Shown: positions 39,466 through 50,234 of the stretch, piece after piece
Position numbering within the stretch: the first letter of the stretch is position 1
Layout of the letters: each line of letters begins with the position of its first letter
Assembly: GCA_963714015.1 (NCBI GenBank)
Contig: OY970223.1
Coordinates: 96,001 to 160,000 of the forward strand
Direction of reading: 5' to 3'
Length of the DNA stretch: 64,000 nt
From: Vulcanimicrobiota bacterium
GTDB taxonomy: Bacteria > Vulcanimicrobiota > Vulcanimicrobiia > Vulcanimicrobiales > Vulcanimicrobiaceae
Translations under genes and position numbers: made by a program
The notes under the pieces: model-generated
What the model was told of the DNA's origin: nothing
The model's input: only the letters and a program-made list of their open reading frames with translations
The model's database searches: none

Positions 39466-40959
39466 CTAACCGTGCTGACGCTGTAGCGGGAAAAGGATGA
39501 CGTCGCGAATGCTGGGACTATTGGTCAACAGCATGATCAGCCGATCCATGCCGATTCCGATTCCTGCGGTCGGCGGCATGCCGTATTCCAGAGCGCGAAC
39601 GAAGTCCCAATCGGGTTCGGGAATCTCTTCGTCACCTTGCGCGCGCTCTTCGATCTGTGCCTCGAAGCGCGCGCGCTGATCGTCCGGATCGTTGCATTCC
39701 GTGAACGCGTTGCTGATCTCCATGGTGTTGCAGAAGAGTTCGTAACGGTCGGTGATCTGCGGATCGCCGGGGCGGCGCTTTGCGAGTGGGGAGATCAGCA
39801 CGGGATATCCCATCACGAACGTCGGCTGTATCAGGTGCGGCTCCAAGACGCGCTCGAAGATCTTGTCGAGCGCATGGCCGTGCGTCGGAGACTCGGGAAG
39901 TCCGAGCTGCCGCAGCACCGCAGCCGCTCCCGCCGGGTCGAGCAGCTGTTCGCGAGTATATCCTCCGTGCTCGCGCATGGCGTCTAAATAGTCGATTTGT
40001 TTGAACGGCCGTTTGAACGAAATGGTGCGGTCGTTGACGGCGAGCTCCTCTGCGCCGCCCGTTGCAACGGATACGAGCTGCGCGATGAGCGCCTCATTGA
40101 ACTCGCGCATGTCGTCGACGTTCCAATAGGCCGCGTACAGCTCGAGCATCGTGAACTCGGGATTGTGCGTCGTGTCGATGCCTTCGTTGCGGAAGATCCG
40201 GCCGATCTCGTACACGCGTTCCATGCCCCCCACGATCAGCCGCTTGAGATTCAACTCTGTGGCGATCCGCAGCTGCATGACCTGGTCCAGGGCGTTGACG
40301 TGCGTTACGAACGGCCGGGCGGCAGCGCCTCCGGCGACGTGCAGCAGCGTCGGCGTCTCGACTTCGTAGAATCCGTAACTGTCGATGAAACGGCGCGCTT
40401 CGGCAACCAGACGGCTTCGCATGATGAAGGCGTCCCGGACTTGCGGATTGACGATCAAGTCGACGTAGCGCTGGCGGTACCGCTTCTCGACGTCGGTCAA
40501 TCCGTGCCACTTGTCAGGAAGCGGATACAGCGATTTCGCCAACGCTTCGAAGGCGTGCACGTGAAGCGTGAGCTCGCCCATCTTAGAACGGAACATGAAG
40601 CCGCTGACTCCGACGATGTCGCCGATGTCCAGATCGATCCAGTCGGCGAAGCGATCGTCACCGATTTCGTCTTTCCGGACGTAGAGTTGCAGCCGACCCG
40701 TGCGGTCGGCCAGGTCGGCGAAAATGGTCTTCCCCATCCGGCGCTTGGCCATCAGCCGTCCGGCGAGGGACCAGTCTTCGCTTTCCGCATGCTGCTCGGG
40801 AACGAGGAAGCCGTATTTCTCGACGAGCTCGCCGATGTTCGTGTCCGTGCGATACCGCGTCTTCCCGAACGGATCGCCGCCGCGCGCGCGAAGCGCAGCC
40901 AGATTTTCGCGCCGGGCGTCTACGAGCGCGGCTTCGGTTCTTCCCAAGTCCTCGTTCAT
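39466..40959 (-). CDS. lysS: Lysine--tRNA ligase (class II)
   Basis: YRQRYVDLI, LRIATEL, FRNEGID, YGMPPTAGIGIGMDR. ATG at 40959. Confidence 0.98.
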   Translation of the reverse strand: MNEDLGRTEAALVDARRENLAALRARGGDPFGKTRYRTDTNIGELVEKYGFLVPEQHAESEDWSLAGRLMAKRRMGKTIFADLADRTGRLQLYVRKDEIGDDRFADWIDLDIGDIVGVSGFMFRSKMGELTLHVHAFEALAKSLYPLPDKWHGLTDVEKRYRQRYVDLIVNPQVRDAFIMRSRLVAEARRFIDSYGFYEVETPTLLHVAGGAAARPFVTHVNALDQVMQLRIATELNLKRLIVGGMERVYEIGRIFRNEGIDTTHNPEFTMLELYAAYWNVDDMREFNEALIAQLVSVATGGAEELAVNDRTISFKRPFKQIDYLDAMREHGGYTREQLLDPAGAAAVLRQLGLPESPTHGHALDKIFERVLEPHLIQPTFVMGYPVLISPLAKRRPGDPQITDRYELFCNTMEISNAFTECNDPDDQRARFEAQIEERAQGDEEIPEPDWDFVRALEYGMPPTAGIGIGMDRLIMLLTNSPSIRDVILFPLQRQHG

Positions 40960-41006
40960 AAGCCCGGACCCTTTCGCAGCCGGGCTGCCCGGAACCTTAT
41001 AATAAC

Positions 41007-41034
41007 GAAGGCCCGCGCGCAAACGCAGGCCTTC
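41007..41034 (-). terminator. Hairpin terminator after greA
   Basis: GAAGGCCTGCG-N6-CGCGGGCCTTC followed by GTTATTAT on the minus strand. Confidence 0.6.
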
Positions 41035-41056
41035 ATTTATTGCTCGAGACGCGCCG

Positions 41057-41560
41057 TTAGGAAGCCTTTTTGGCCGCCTTCTTCGTGCTCTTGATCGACT
41101 CGATTTTGTATTTGACGATTCCGCGCGGGGTCGAGACGTCGACGGTCTCGCCTTTCTTGTGACCGATCAGCGCGCGGCCGAGCGGCGACTCGTTGCTGAT
41201 GCGCTGGTTCACCGGGTCCGCTTCAGCCGAGCCCACGATGGAAAACTCGTGACTCGAGGCGCCCTTCAAATCTTTGACCTTCACGCTGCAGCCCAAGTGC
41301 ACTTCGTCGCCGGCGTAGTCAAGATCGTCGATGATTCGGGCGTTTCGAATCATGGCTTCGAGCTTGAGAATCCGTCCTTCGATGAATGCCTGTTCTTGTT
41401 TCGCGTCTTCGTATTCCGCGTTTTCGCTCAGATCCCCGAATTCTTTGGCTTGCCGGATCCGGTCGTTGACTTCTTTGCGGTGGACGGTCTTCAGATCGTC
41501 GAGCTCTCGCTCGAGTTTCTCCAGGCCCTCTCTGGTAAGGACGATCTCTTTGTCGTTCAA
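41057..41560 (-). CDS. greA: Transcription elongation factor GreA
   Basis: LTREGLEKL, GDLSENAEY, ISNESPLGRAL; TTG start at 41560. Confidence 0.97.
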   Translation of the reverse strand: MNDKEIVLTREGLEKLERELDDLKTVHRKEVNDRIRQAKEFGDLSENAEYEDAKQEQAFIEGRILKLEAMIRNARIIDDLDYAGDEVHLGCSVKVKDLKGASSHEFSIVGSAEADPVNQRISNESPLGRALIGHKKGETVDVSTPRGIVKYKIESIKSTKKAAKKAS

Positions 41561-41566
41561 GTACAG

Positions 41567-41732
41567 ACCCTCGGATGAAAGACCGCCCGCCCCCAAAGCG
41601 CACAGTCTGCCTAGTAATGAGGCGCCCGGAGTGAGCGCCAGCGCGGTTGGTTCGGAATGCCCGGGGGGCGAGCCTGCCGCTTTTCCGACAGCTTACCCTT
41701 GCCTGCTACCCTCGGACGTACCCCGAATCATA
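41567..41732 (-). promoter_or_regulatory. Long structured 5' leader of greA
   Basis: TATGAT -10 at 41727-41732; nested stems UCGGAAAAG/CUUU-UCCGA, GCUCGCCCCC/GGGGGCGGGC and GGCGCUC/GGGCGCC. Confidence 0.5.
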
Positions 41733-41839
41733 CCCACGGCCGGCCTTCTCAATCATTGGCTTGCGGGCACAAATGCGAGCAGCCGTTTTGGCGCCTGCCC
41801 CCATAGCGTAATCGGCAGAAAACCGCTACAGTTTCGGGA

Positions 41840-43192
41840 ATGGCGCAAACCGACGCCTCGCGGCTTCGTAAGGAATCGCTCGCCTTTCCCGAGGTCCTGG
41901 CGGCCTCGGTTGCCCTGATTGGGCCGAGCATGACGCCTATTCTGATCGCGCCGTACATGTATCAGAACGCCGGGAACGCGTCGTGGCTCGCTTACGTCTT
42001 CGGCGGAATCATGCTGCTGTTCGTGGCGCTGAATCTGAATCAGTTCGCAAAGCGCTTCACCGGCGCCGGTTCGATGTACGAATACGCAGCGGAAAATCTG
42101 GGGCCCGCCGCAGGCGCGCTGGCCGGGTGGACGCTCATCTGGGCGTACGTTTTCGTCGGCGCGTCACAGTTCGGCGCGATGACGCTCTTCGTAAAGAATT
42201 TGTTGGGTTTGGGCGGATGGCAGGTTCCCGCTCTGCTCGTCTTCGGCGTCGCAACGATAGTGTGGTGGTATTTCGCGTACCGCGACATTCAACTCTCGAC
42301 GATCGTCATGCTGGCACTCGAGACGATCTCCGTTTCCATTATCTCGATCTTGGTGGTCTTCGTGCTGTTCGGTCACGGCGTCGCCGTCGATCCGGCTCAG
42401 TTGCACCTGCACGGAATCAGCGGTACGGGAATCGGTGTAGGAATCGCGTTCGCAATCTTCAGTTTCGTCGGATTCGAGAGCGCGACGGCGTTTGGTGAAG
42501 AAGCAAAACGTCCGCTGGTGAACATACCGCGCGCCGTTCTCGCAAGCGTCGTGCTGGCCAGCGTCTTCTTCATCGTCTGCATCTACGCCGAGATCGTCGG
42601 CCTTCGCCACTCGAAAACTCCGCTCGATCAGCTCTCGGCGCCGCTCTGGACGCTCGCTGACCTCTACGGAGCCGGCTATTTCAAAATACCGATAGGCATC
42701 GGCGCCATCTTCAGTTCGTTCTCCGTTGCGCTCGCGTGCGTAACGACCGGCGCTCGAATCATCCTGCCGATGGCGCGTAAGGGTCTTTTTCCGCTTGCGG
42801 CGGCGAAGATTCAGCCGCGTTTCGCCACGCCTTACGTTGCGGTTTCGGCGGTACTGGGGGCGATGCTCGTCACCGCGCTTGCGATGTATTTCGCGGGCGT
42901 GACCCCAATCAACATTTTCAACTATTGCGGTACGCTGAGCAGTTTTGGGTTCATCGTCATCTACGCGTTTATCGCCGTTTCGGCGCCTCTTTTTTTACGG
43001 CGGATCGGCGATCACAAAACGATCGACTACGTCATAGCCGCCTTGGCGCTGATTTTTTTGCTGGTGCCTGCGGTCACGCTGTTCGTCCCGGCGCCTCCGC
43101 CGCCTACGAACGCCTTTGCCTATATTTTCGTGGCGTACATGCTCGGAGGCTGGATCTATTTTACCGCCGCGGGCCGCAGACGCACCGCATAA
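41840..43192 (+). CDS. APC family amino acid/polyamine permease
   Basis: About 12 TM helices; GAGSMYEY, FSFVGFESATAFGEEAKRP, FATPYVA. Confidence 0.92.
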   Translation: MAQTDASRLRKESLAFPEVLAASVALIGPSMTPILIAPYMYQNAGNASWLAYVFGGIMLLFVALNLNQFAKRFTGAGSMYEYAAENLGPAAGALAGWTLIWAYVFVGASQFGAMTLFVKNLLGLGGWQVPALLVFGVATIVWWYFAYRDIQLSTIVMLALETISVSIISILVVFVLFGHGVAVDPAQLHLHGISGTGIGVGIAFAIFSFVGFESATAFGEEAKRPLVNIPRAVLASVVLASVFFIVCIYAEIVGLRHSKTPLDQLSAPLWTLADLYGAGYFKIPIGIGAIFSSFSVALACVTTGARIILPMARKGLFPLAAAKIQPRFATPYVAVSAVLGAMLVTALAMYFAGVTPINIFNYCGTLSSFGFIVIYAFIAVSAPLFLRRIGDHKTIDYVIAALALIFLLVPAVTLFVPAPPPPTNAFAYIFVAYMLGGWIYFTAAGRRRTA

Positions 43193-44724
43193 TCTGCTAA
43201 AATCTCCCGCGCCGCGCGGATACCGGACTGAGCGCCGCCCTCCATGAAGCCCTGATACTCGACGGACGTGTGCTCGCCCGCAAAGTGTATGCCGCCTTGC
43301 GCGACCTGTTCGTAACCTGCAAATCCGGTGTACTGCCCCACCAGCCAGGTCGAGTAGCTCGCGAGAATATTGGGATCGACTTGCGCGTTCCCCAATGTCG
43401 CTTTACCGTTGTACGCTTTAGCGGTTCCCGGCCACACGCGATCGAGCATGCGCGAGAAATTTGCGAACGTGGCGAGCCACGGCGGGGGACTGATTCGCGA
43501 ACGTGTACGGCGTAGGCGGCACGTCCGTGAGACCTTGCGCACCGGCCGTGAAGAACTCGACGATTCCGGATCGGCCTGCCTGACCGCACGAAAAATCCAC
43601 CGAGCACTGAAATCCCAGATCGGTCCAAATCTGACCGTCGACCGGGTCGGGCCAAGGACCACTGCCGGTCCAAGGACGCCGGTCGAACTGGACGTGCAGC
43701 TTGGAATGGATGCCGTAGCCGAGCTCGTTTATCGCTCGAAGCTTGCGCGAGTCGAACTGCGCGCCGCTGAAATCCAAACCGCGCAGAACGATAAAGGGAA
43801 TAGCGACAATGACGCGGTCCGCGTATTCCGTAACCGCTGCGCCCGTGCCGATCTGAAATTGCAGCGCATATCCGCCCGCAGGCCGCTTGCGCAGCGAGAT
43901 CAGGCGATGCTGCATCTTGATGGAGCCGCCGGGCAGTGCGGCGGAAATCGCAAGCGGCAGCCGCTGACTTCCGGCGGCGAGAATGTAGCGCTGGTCGGAG
44001 TATCCCAAAACGTTCATTTCGCCGGTGCGTTCGTACGAATGCTGGATGCCCAGCATGTAAACGACGTTCAAGCGCGCTCTGCTGCTCGATCGGCGCGCCG
44101 TTCTCGTTCCAGTACGCATCGACGATCAACCGGCCCATCTGCGATTCCAGGCCGCCCGGTACGTACCGCTCGATCCAGTCTTTCATGGACATGGCGTCCA
44201 AGCGGCGCGCTTCGGACGTAGCATGGTCGTACGTCGTTTGCGGGCCGATCTGCGTCAGCTGAGCCTTGAGCACCCGGTAGACCGGCTGCGAAATCGCGAT
44301 CGGCGCGGCGCATCGGGTAGTAGCGATCGTGAAAATACGACGTGTCGCGCGAACGAGCAGGCATAGCCGCAAACGTGTCGATCAGGCGCAGATTGAAGCG
44401 GTGGGCGAGTGCGTGCATATTGGTATGATGCGAGTCGATCATCGCGCCGCACCATTCCGTGTGCTGTCCGTCGTTCCAATATCCGGTCTCGGAGTGCATC
44501 CGACCGCCGATGCGATTGGATGCCTCGTACACGGTCGCCGAGAGGCCGGCGTCGTGTAACTGCAGCGCCGCAGTTAAGCCGGCTATGCCCGCGCCGATAA
44601 CGGCGATCCTCGGCTCGTTGCGCCGCACCCCCAAGCCGCACGATACGAGCAGGGGGGAAGCCGCCGCGCCGAGCATGCCGCGCGCGAATTGACCGCGCGT
44701 GAGCGTTCTGCGCAGCAGCGGCAC
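43156..44724 (-). CDS. Flavin monoamine/polyamine oxidase family protein with Tat-like lipoprotein signal; three +1 frameshifts (~44287, ~44070, ~43448)
   Basis: IAVIGAGIAGL, EASNRIGGR, IHFAGEHTS, GFMEGGAQSG across four consecutive ORF segments; GTG start overlaps the receptor stop (TAGTG). Confidence 0.85.
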
Positions 44725-47700
44725 TACAACCTGACGTTCAAGTCGAGCGTTATCTGAAAGGGTTGAATCTCCGAAGTGTAGCCGACTTGAGTGTTGTTGA
44801 ACCACGTGCCGTACGGATAGGTTACTTGAATCGGCGTGTAGGCCGGCGCAAGAAAGTTTCCGGACGGTGCCAAGATGTTCGAGGGAAGATTCGAGTAGAT
44901 GCACGTGCCGGCATCGTCCCAGGCGTAGCCCCGCTGGAAGCAGTGATTGTATACGTTGTTCGCGATCAGCGTCAGCGTCATTTTGGAATTGAGATCGTAG
45001 CCGACCTGAAGGTTCGCAATCAGTTGAGCAGGTTCGCGCAAGGAACCGGGCGCGTCGAATTTTCCGGTATACGGATCGGGCAGAAAGAGCGCGCCCGGAG
45101 TTTCGGTTGCGCCGCCTGCGGTCGTATAGGTGCCCGTGCAGCTTACGCCGGGTGATTGCGGAGTCGCGGACGGCAGCGCCGTACAAGATTGCGGAACATA
45201 GCCCGGATAAACCAGCGGCGACCCGTAGACGGATCCGGAGTCGTAGCTGAAGGACGGAGTCACCGAGAAACGCCCGTGCCGGTAGTTGAGAATCAGCGAG
45301 GCGACGTCGGGAACTTCAAAGCCGTTGGCCGCCGTGAACGGCGCGGGCGTCACGTCGTACGGCGCATACCATCCGTTGCGATCGAGCAGCGGCTGAGGCG
45401 CGTCGTTGATGTACGGATTTGGAACCGTAACCGTACCGTTGTTGAAATTCGCGACGGAATTTTGTCCTTGCCAGACCGCGGTGCCGCACTGTGCGTAAGC
45501 GGCCGTGCCGGGCTGGCCCGCAGCCGGGTTGCCGGACGGATTACATGCGGACGTGTACGAGTTATACTGCGCGATGTAATTATTCAGCGTGTCGATGACG
45601 CTGGCGCCGTTCGAGACGGCCGCGTACTTCACTTTGCTGTCGGTGTGCGTGTACGAGGCCAAAAACGAGAAGCCGTCGTGCGAGAAATCGCCGCCTTGGA
45701 GCGAGAGTTCGACGCCGTCGTTGATTTGCGTGCCGACGTTCAGACCGGCTAGAGTTCCCTGCAGCGGGTTGATCGCCAGATACTGGAGCTGATTATGCGT
45801 TTGGCGAAAGAACGGCGTGATTTTATACGAGAGGTCGGTTCCGCGAATGTGCTTCTCGAGCGAGAGGTCGAAGTTGTTCGCGGTGTCGGGCTGTACGGCG
45901 TGATCCGGCGTCGTGTAGCCGAACGCGTAAAACTGCGAGATGAACGACGGCAAATCTTGTTGCCACGTATTGTACTGCTGATATGAAGTCGCCGCAGGAC
46001 GGACGTAGCGCCCCGCCGAGCCGCGAATCACCGTATCGGGATTGAGGGTCCAAGTAAAGGCCGCGCGCGGTTGAAAAACCGCGGTCGCGGTCGTGCTGCC
46101 TCCGACGTTCGTCAGTCCGACTCCAGGCGTAGGCGCGCCGTTACTCCACATCGGCGTAAAACCCGCCGGACAAGTGCCGAACGTTCCCGTGTTCGCATTC
46201 CAGGTCGACACCGGAGCGAAGCCGGGCGCACCGCAATTCTCCCGATCGAAGGCGTTGAACCAAAACTGACGCGCCGGATAATTCGATTGCAGGTTATCCA
46301 AGCGATAGGCGAAGCGATCGATTCGTCCGCCGAAATTCACGCTCAGCCGCTCGTTGGGATGATAGACGTCGGTCAAAGCGATCGACGAAAAATACGGCGC
46401 GACGTTGTCTACCTGTGCGGCATAGCCGTTTTCCGTCATATACCAAGCGGCGCCGGCGTTTGCGGCCGGTGACCCTGCGGGCGCTGCACCGGGCTGCAGA
46501 TCGATCGTGAAACTCGGCGTAAGTCCGCCTTGGCTTCCGGGATCGTAGCAACTCCACGGCTGCCCCGTGGTGTAGTTGTAGCAGTTGCCGCTCCGGTCGG
46601 CGTAGTTGGAGATCAGCGTCCCGAGGCCCGTGCTGCCGAAGAGCGCGTTGTACGTCTGCAGGCGCTGGGTCTCGTATGAGACCTTCGCCGTGATCTCGTG
46701 CTGCGCGGAGAGTTGATTGGCGTATGTGAGATTGCTGCCGTAGATGTGTCCGAGCACTTCGTAGTCGGGCAGTGAGGCGCCGAACGTCAGCTGCGCCGCG
46801 TTTCCGCCGAAGATGAACCAGTTCGTGTATTCACCGAAGCCGACCAGCCGCAGGTACGAATCGTTGTTGATATTCCGCTGGTACTGCAGCTTCTCTATCG
46901 CGAACGCGTTGCTGGACGAGTCGCGCTCGTTGGGGTTGAGAAACGATTCATATTGAGGTGCCGTCACCGTATCGAGCGGGCGCTGCTGCGGGCTGCTCGG
47001 GAAAGCGCTGTTGACCAGCAAGTTCTGGTTAGGCGTCTGCATGAGCGGCCCGTTGTAGTAGATCGAGTCGAGCCACGGGAACGGGTATCCCGGCCAGAAG
47101 TTTGCGGTCGACGACGGATTGCAGTACGTTCCGCTGCTGCAGACCGTGACGTTCTGCGCGCCGATGTCGTTCGCCGAGCTGTTGAAGTACGTAAATATCT
47201 GCCCGACGGTATACAGCAGCTGAACGTCGTCGCGTCCCGCGTTGCGATGATGAGGAATGCCGAAGTGCACGTTGGCGATCGTTTCGCGGTCTTCTTGATA
47301 CGCTTGCCCGTTGACGCTGCCGGGATCGAAGTACGCCCCCCAGTCGTTCGCTGCGGTGCCGCCGCTGCCGTCAAGAATGTGGTAGACGGAGTTGTTCGTC
47401 GGAACGTAGAGCGGAAAGAAGTACAACGGATCGCCGGCGCCGTTGAACTGGTTGTCGTAGCGGAACGCTTGATTATCCGCCAGCGTGCCCAAATAGTACG
47501 AGAACAGATGATTTGGCGAGGCGCCTCCGACTTCGGCAGAGAGTTTGTGATAAAACGTCGGTGCGCCGGCGCCGAAATCCGCGTCCGCGTAACCGGGATA
47601 GGTGCCGGTGCGGATCACTTGGTTGATGTATCCCGCCAAGCCCGGCGAATCCGACGTTGCGGGCGTTCCGCCCGTGTAGACTTGGACTTCTTGCTGGCCG

Positions 47701-48350
47701 AGCGACGAAAGCGTGACGATCGGCGCTTCGTCGGAATCGCGCAGCACCGGAACGCCGTCGAACTCATAGGCGACTTGGTCGTAGTCGCCGCCGCGAATGT
47801 AAACGCTCTGGTACCACCCTTGTTGCCCAGTCGGCATCGATACACCGGGCGCGCTGGCAATGGCGCTGTACGCCTGATTCAGCGAACCGGATCCGGCAAG
47901 CGCCGTAGCGGCGTGCTGGCCGGACGGATTGAGCGAATAGACGTCGCTCGTCGTGCCGGGGTGAACCAGACTCTGCACGGACCGCGAGCGCACTTGCGCG
48001 ATCGTCTTGATCGACTTTTGCAGTGAAACGTTAACGTCGGTCGATTGATCCGCCAGCACCGAGTTTCCGGGTATCGACTGGGAGTCGTAGCCGTCTTTCT
48101 CAACGCTCAAAACATACGTGTCCGGCGCCAGCGAAATGAAGGCGAAGTTGCCGCCGGAGTCGGTCGAAGCGCTCGCGTTCTGCGAGGCCGACGACACGAT
48201 CACTTTGGCGCCGGGAATTGCGGCGTGCGTCTGCGCGTCGACGACGCGCCCGCGCAACGCTCCGGTCGTGCCGGCGCTTACCGCGAGCGGATAGCCGGTC
48301 AAGAAAAGCGCGGCCGCCCATGCAGCCCAAACCAGTCGCAATTTGCCCAA
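44724..48350 (-). CDS. TonB-dependent receptor-like outer-membrane protein with N-terminal carboxypeptidase-regulatory-like domain
   Basis: GAGGT RBS then TTG; GALRGRVVD...TDSGGNF...LAPDTY; plug-like YIRGG...YEFDGVP; barrel strands; about 1200 aa. Confidence 0.85.
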   Translation of the reverse strand: MGKLRLVWAAWAAALFLTGYPLAVSAGTTGALRGRVVDAQTHAAIPGAKVIVSSASQNASASTDSGGNFAFISLAPDTYVLSVEKDGYDSQSIPGNSVLADQSTDVNVSLQKSIKTIAQVRSRSVQSLVHPGTTSDVYSLNPSGQHAATALAGSGSLNQAYSAIASAPGVSMPTGQQGWYQSVYIRGGDYDQVAYEFDGVPVLRDSDEAPIVTLSSLGQQEVQVYTGGTPATSDSPGLAGYINQVIRTGTYPGYADADFGAGAPTFYHKLSAEVGGASPNHLFSYYLGTLADNQAFRYDNQFNGAGDPLYFFPLYVPTNNSVYHILDGSGGTAANDWGAYFDPGSVNGQAYQEDRETIANVHFGIPHHRNAGRDDVQLLYTVGQIFTYFNSSANDIGAQNVTVCSSGTYCNPSSTANFWPGYPFPWLDSIYYNGPLMQTPNQNLLVNSAFPSSPQQRPLDTVTAPQYESFLNPNERDSSSNAFAIEKLQYQRNINNDSYLRLVGFGEYTNWFIFGGNAAQLTFGASLPDYEVLGHIYGSNLTYANQLSAQHEITAKVSYETQRLQTYNALFGSTGLGTLISNYADRSGNCYNYTTGQPWSCYDPGSQGGLTPSFTIDLQPGAAPAGSPAANAGAAWYMTENGYAAQVDNVAPYFSSIALTDVYHPNERLSVNFGGRIDRFAYRLDNLQSNYPARQFWFNAFDRENCGAPGFAPVSTWNANTGTFGTCPAGFTPMWSNGAPTPGVGLTNVGGSTTATAVFQPRAAFTWTLNPDTVIRGSAGRYVRPAATSYQQYNTWQQDLPSFISQFYAFGYTTPDHAVQPDTANNFDLSLEKHIRGTDLSYKITPFFRQTHNQLQYLAINPLQGTLAGLNVGTQINDGVELSLQGGDFSHDGFSFLASYTHTDSKVKYAAVSNGASVIDTLNNYIAQYNSYTSACNPSGNPAAGQPGTAAYAQCGTAVWQGQNSVANFNNGTVTVPNPYINDAPQPLLDRNGWYAPYDVTPAPFTAANGFEVPDVASLILNYRHGRFSVTPSFSYDSGSVYGSPLVYPGYVPQSCTALPSATPQSPGVSCTGTYTTAGGATETPGALFLPDPYTGKFDAPGSLREPAQLIANLQVGYDLNSKMTLTLIANNVYNHCFQRGYAWDDAGTCIYSNLPSNILAPSGNFLAPAYTPIQVTYPYGTWFNNTQVGYTSEIQPFQITLDLNVRL

Positions 48351-48468
48351 TACCGATACCTCGCTCGTAAGCAAGCGCGTATTTGGAGTTAAGTCTACGC
48401 CCGCGTAGAGCACCCTTCCACGTGCGCCGTCACCAATTTCAACGGGGATTTCTGTCTCGGCGCACCAA

Positions 48469-50073
48469 TCACCACTCGCGGTTCTCGATGTCCAGGAGCC
48501 GCGTCGCCAGTCGCAGTCTAAAACGCGCGTCGGCGTCGTCGAGGTCCACGCCGAGCTCTTCGGTCGCCCGGTCGAGGCGGTACCGCAGCGTGTTGGGATG
48601 GATTCCGAGCACTTGAGAAGTCCGCCGGAAGTGAAAGCCTTGGCGCGCGAGCGCGAGCAGCGCCTGGGCCAGCTGCCGGCCGTTCTTGCGGCTGCGCAGC
48701 GGCTTGAACAGATCGTCCAAGAACGTCTCGCGCGCCTTTGCGTCACCCATGATGACCCGCGGCACGAGTAAATCCTCGTAGAAGCACACGTTCCCGCGAT
48801 AGCGATAGCTGAGCAACGACAGCGCTTCCCGGTAGCTCTGTCTGGCGCCGTCGGCGCCGGAGTGAACGCGGCCGAAAACCATCGGCATGGACGGCTCCCC
48901 GAGCGATTGACGAACGGGCTCGACCGACTTTCCTTCAGGCAGCAGAAAGGCGACGTGATTCAGGTTCACGGTGACGAGCTGCTCGACGGACATCTGCTTG
49001 AGCGCGTCGCGAACGCGTGCCGCGATCCGGTCGCGCCGGAGCACCGCGTCACGCTCGAGCGGCAGCTCTTCGGGAACGATCACGATGCCGACGCGATAGC
49101 GGCCGCGCGGATCGAATCCCAACAACCGCACGCGCTCTTCGGCAACGGGCTTCTCGCCCGGCTCGGACTCCAATAAGGAGAGAAACGACGCATAGCCCAA
49201 GCGTGATTCTACCGAAGCGAGCTCCCGCTGATGGGCGATGTGTATGGCGGCAACGAGCGCGGCGTGTTCTGCAGCGCGATGATCCAGTTCGCTGAGCGGC
49301 GCGTGTCCTTCGATAATCCAAACCAGGCCGACGAGTTCGGAGCCGATTCTGATCGGACAAACCACCCGTGCCGCCGATCCGACCTCGGCCATGGCCGGCA
49401 CGCGTAACGGCTTGTCCGAAGCGCGAATGTGGCGCGCCATGCCGGATCGTTCCAACGCGCGCATCATCGCTTGCGGTGTCTGCGACTGCTCCAGCGTTTC
49501 GCGGCGCACCGCGTCCTGCGCGCCCTCGACGGAGCAGTACGCGAGCAGCTTTCCGGTTGGATCTTCGAATGTAACGGAGCGGCCGATGAGCGAACAGAGG
49601 CTCTTGGCGAGATCGTCCAAACTTGCATCCCGCGATGCTGCGCGGGTTAGGGCGCGGTGAATCTGCTCGGAGCGCTCGATGATGCGGTAGGGCGCAGCAG
49701 TCACGGCTTTATGCAGCTCTTCCGTAATTGCCGCAAACGGCACTTCCCACGGAATTTCCAGCAACGGAAGATTGGAGCGATCCGCTTCGTCCCGCGCGGC
49801 CTCGGAAAAATGGTCGACGTATTTGGGCACGGCCATTGCAAGCACCGCAACTCCTGCGGCGGAGAGGTTTGCGATATGCCCTCGCTGCGCCGGCTCACCC
49901 TTCGGCCACGCGTACCCGGTCGTCAAGATCATAAAGCCGGGGCGCACCCACGGAACGGGGTCGGGCATGTCGACCACGTGCGACCACAATACCTCGCGGT
50001 CCAGCCCCCCGCGTCCCGCAACCACGGCCGCGGCAGCGAGCGACGGCAGCTCGAGCACTTCTTTCAACTGCAT
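48469..50073 (-). CDS. PucR family transcriptional regulator
   Basis: VVAGRGGLDREV...PWVRPG..ILTTG ligand domain; C-terminal HTH LGIHPNTLRYRL. Confidence 0.93.
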   Translation of the reverse strand: MQLKEVLELPSLAAAAVVAGRGGLDREVLWSHVVDMPDPVPWVRPGFMILTTGYAWPKGEPAQRGHIANLSAAGVAVLAMAVPKYVDHFSEAARDEADRSNLPLLEIPWEVPFAAITEELHKAVTAAPYRIIERSEQIHRALTRAASRDASLDDLAKSLCSLIGRSVTFEDPTGKLLAYCSVEGAQDAVRRETLEQSQTPQAMMRALERSGMARHIRASDKPLRVPAMAEVGSAARVVCPIRIGSELVGLVWIIEGHAPLSELDHRAAEHAALVAAIHIAHQRELASVESRLGYASFLSLLESEPGEKPVAEERVRLLGFDPRGRYRVGIVIVPEELPLERDAVLRRDRIAARVRDALKQMSVEQLVTVNLNHVAFLLPEGKSVEPVRQSLGEPSMPMVFGRVHSGADGARQSYREALSLLSYRYRGNVCFYEDLLVPRVIMGDAKARETFLDDLFKPLRSRKNGRQLAQALLALARQGFHFRRTSQVLGIHPNTLRYRLDRATEELGVDLDDADARFRLRLATRLLDIENREW

Positions 50074-50234
50074 TCTAAAGGGCGCTCCTCGCGAGGGGCG
50101 GCCGGCATTGCTGGATTCCTAGACCAAAAATCGCCTGAATTTTGTGCATTCGCCACCTAGAGCCGCCGCGCGAGGAACGTTAAACTGGAAGGCAGCCCAT
50201 TCCTCGGGCGGCTCGCGGCTGCCCCGAAAGGACC

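Noticed and set aside
48351..48746. N-terminal extension of the receptor ORF to 48746
   Set aside because: It overlaps pucR; the RBS and signal peptide place the start at 48350.
50074..50234. PucR operator
   Set aside because: Expected here, but I could not identify a convincing repeat shared with the receptor promoter region.
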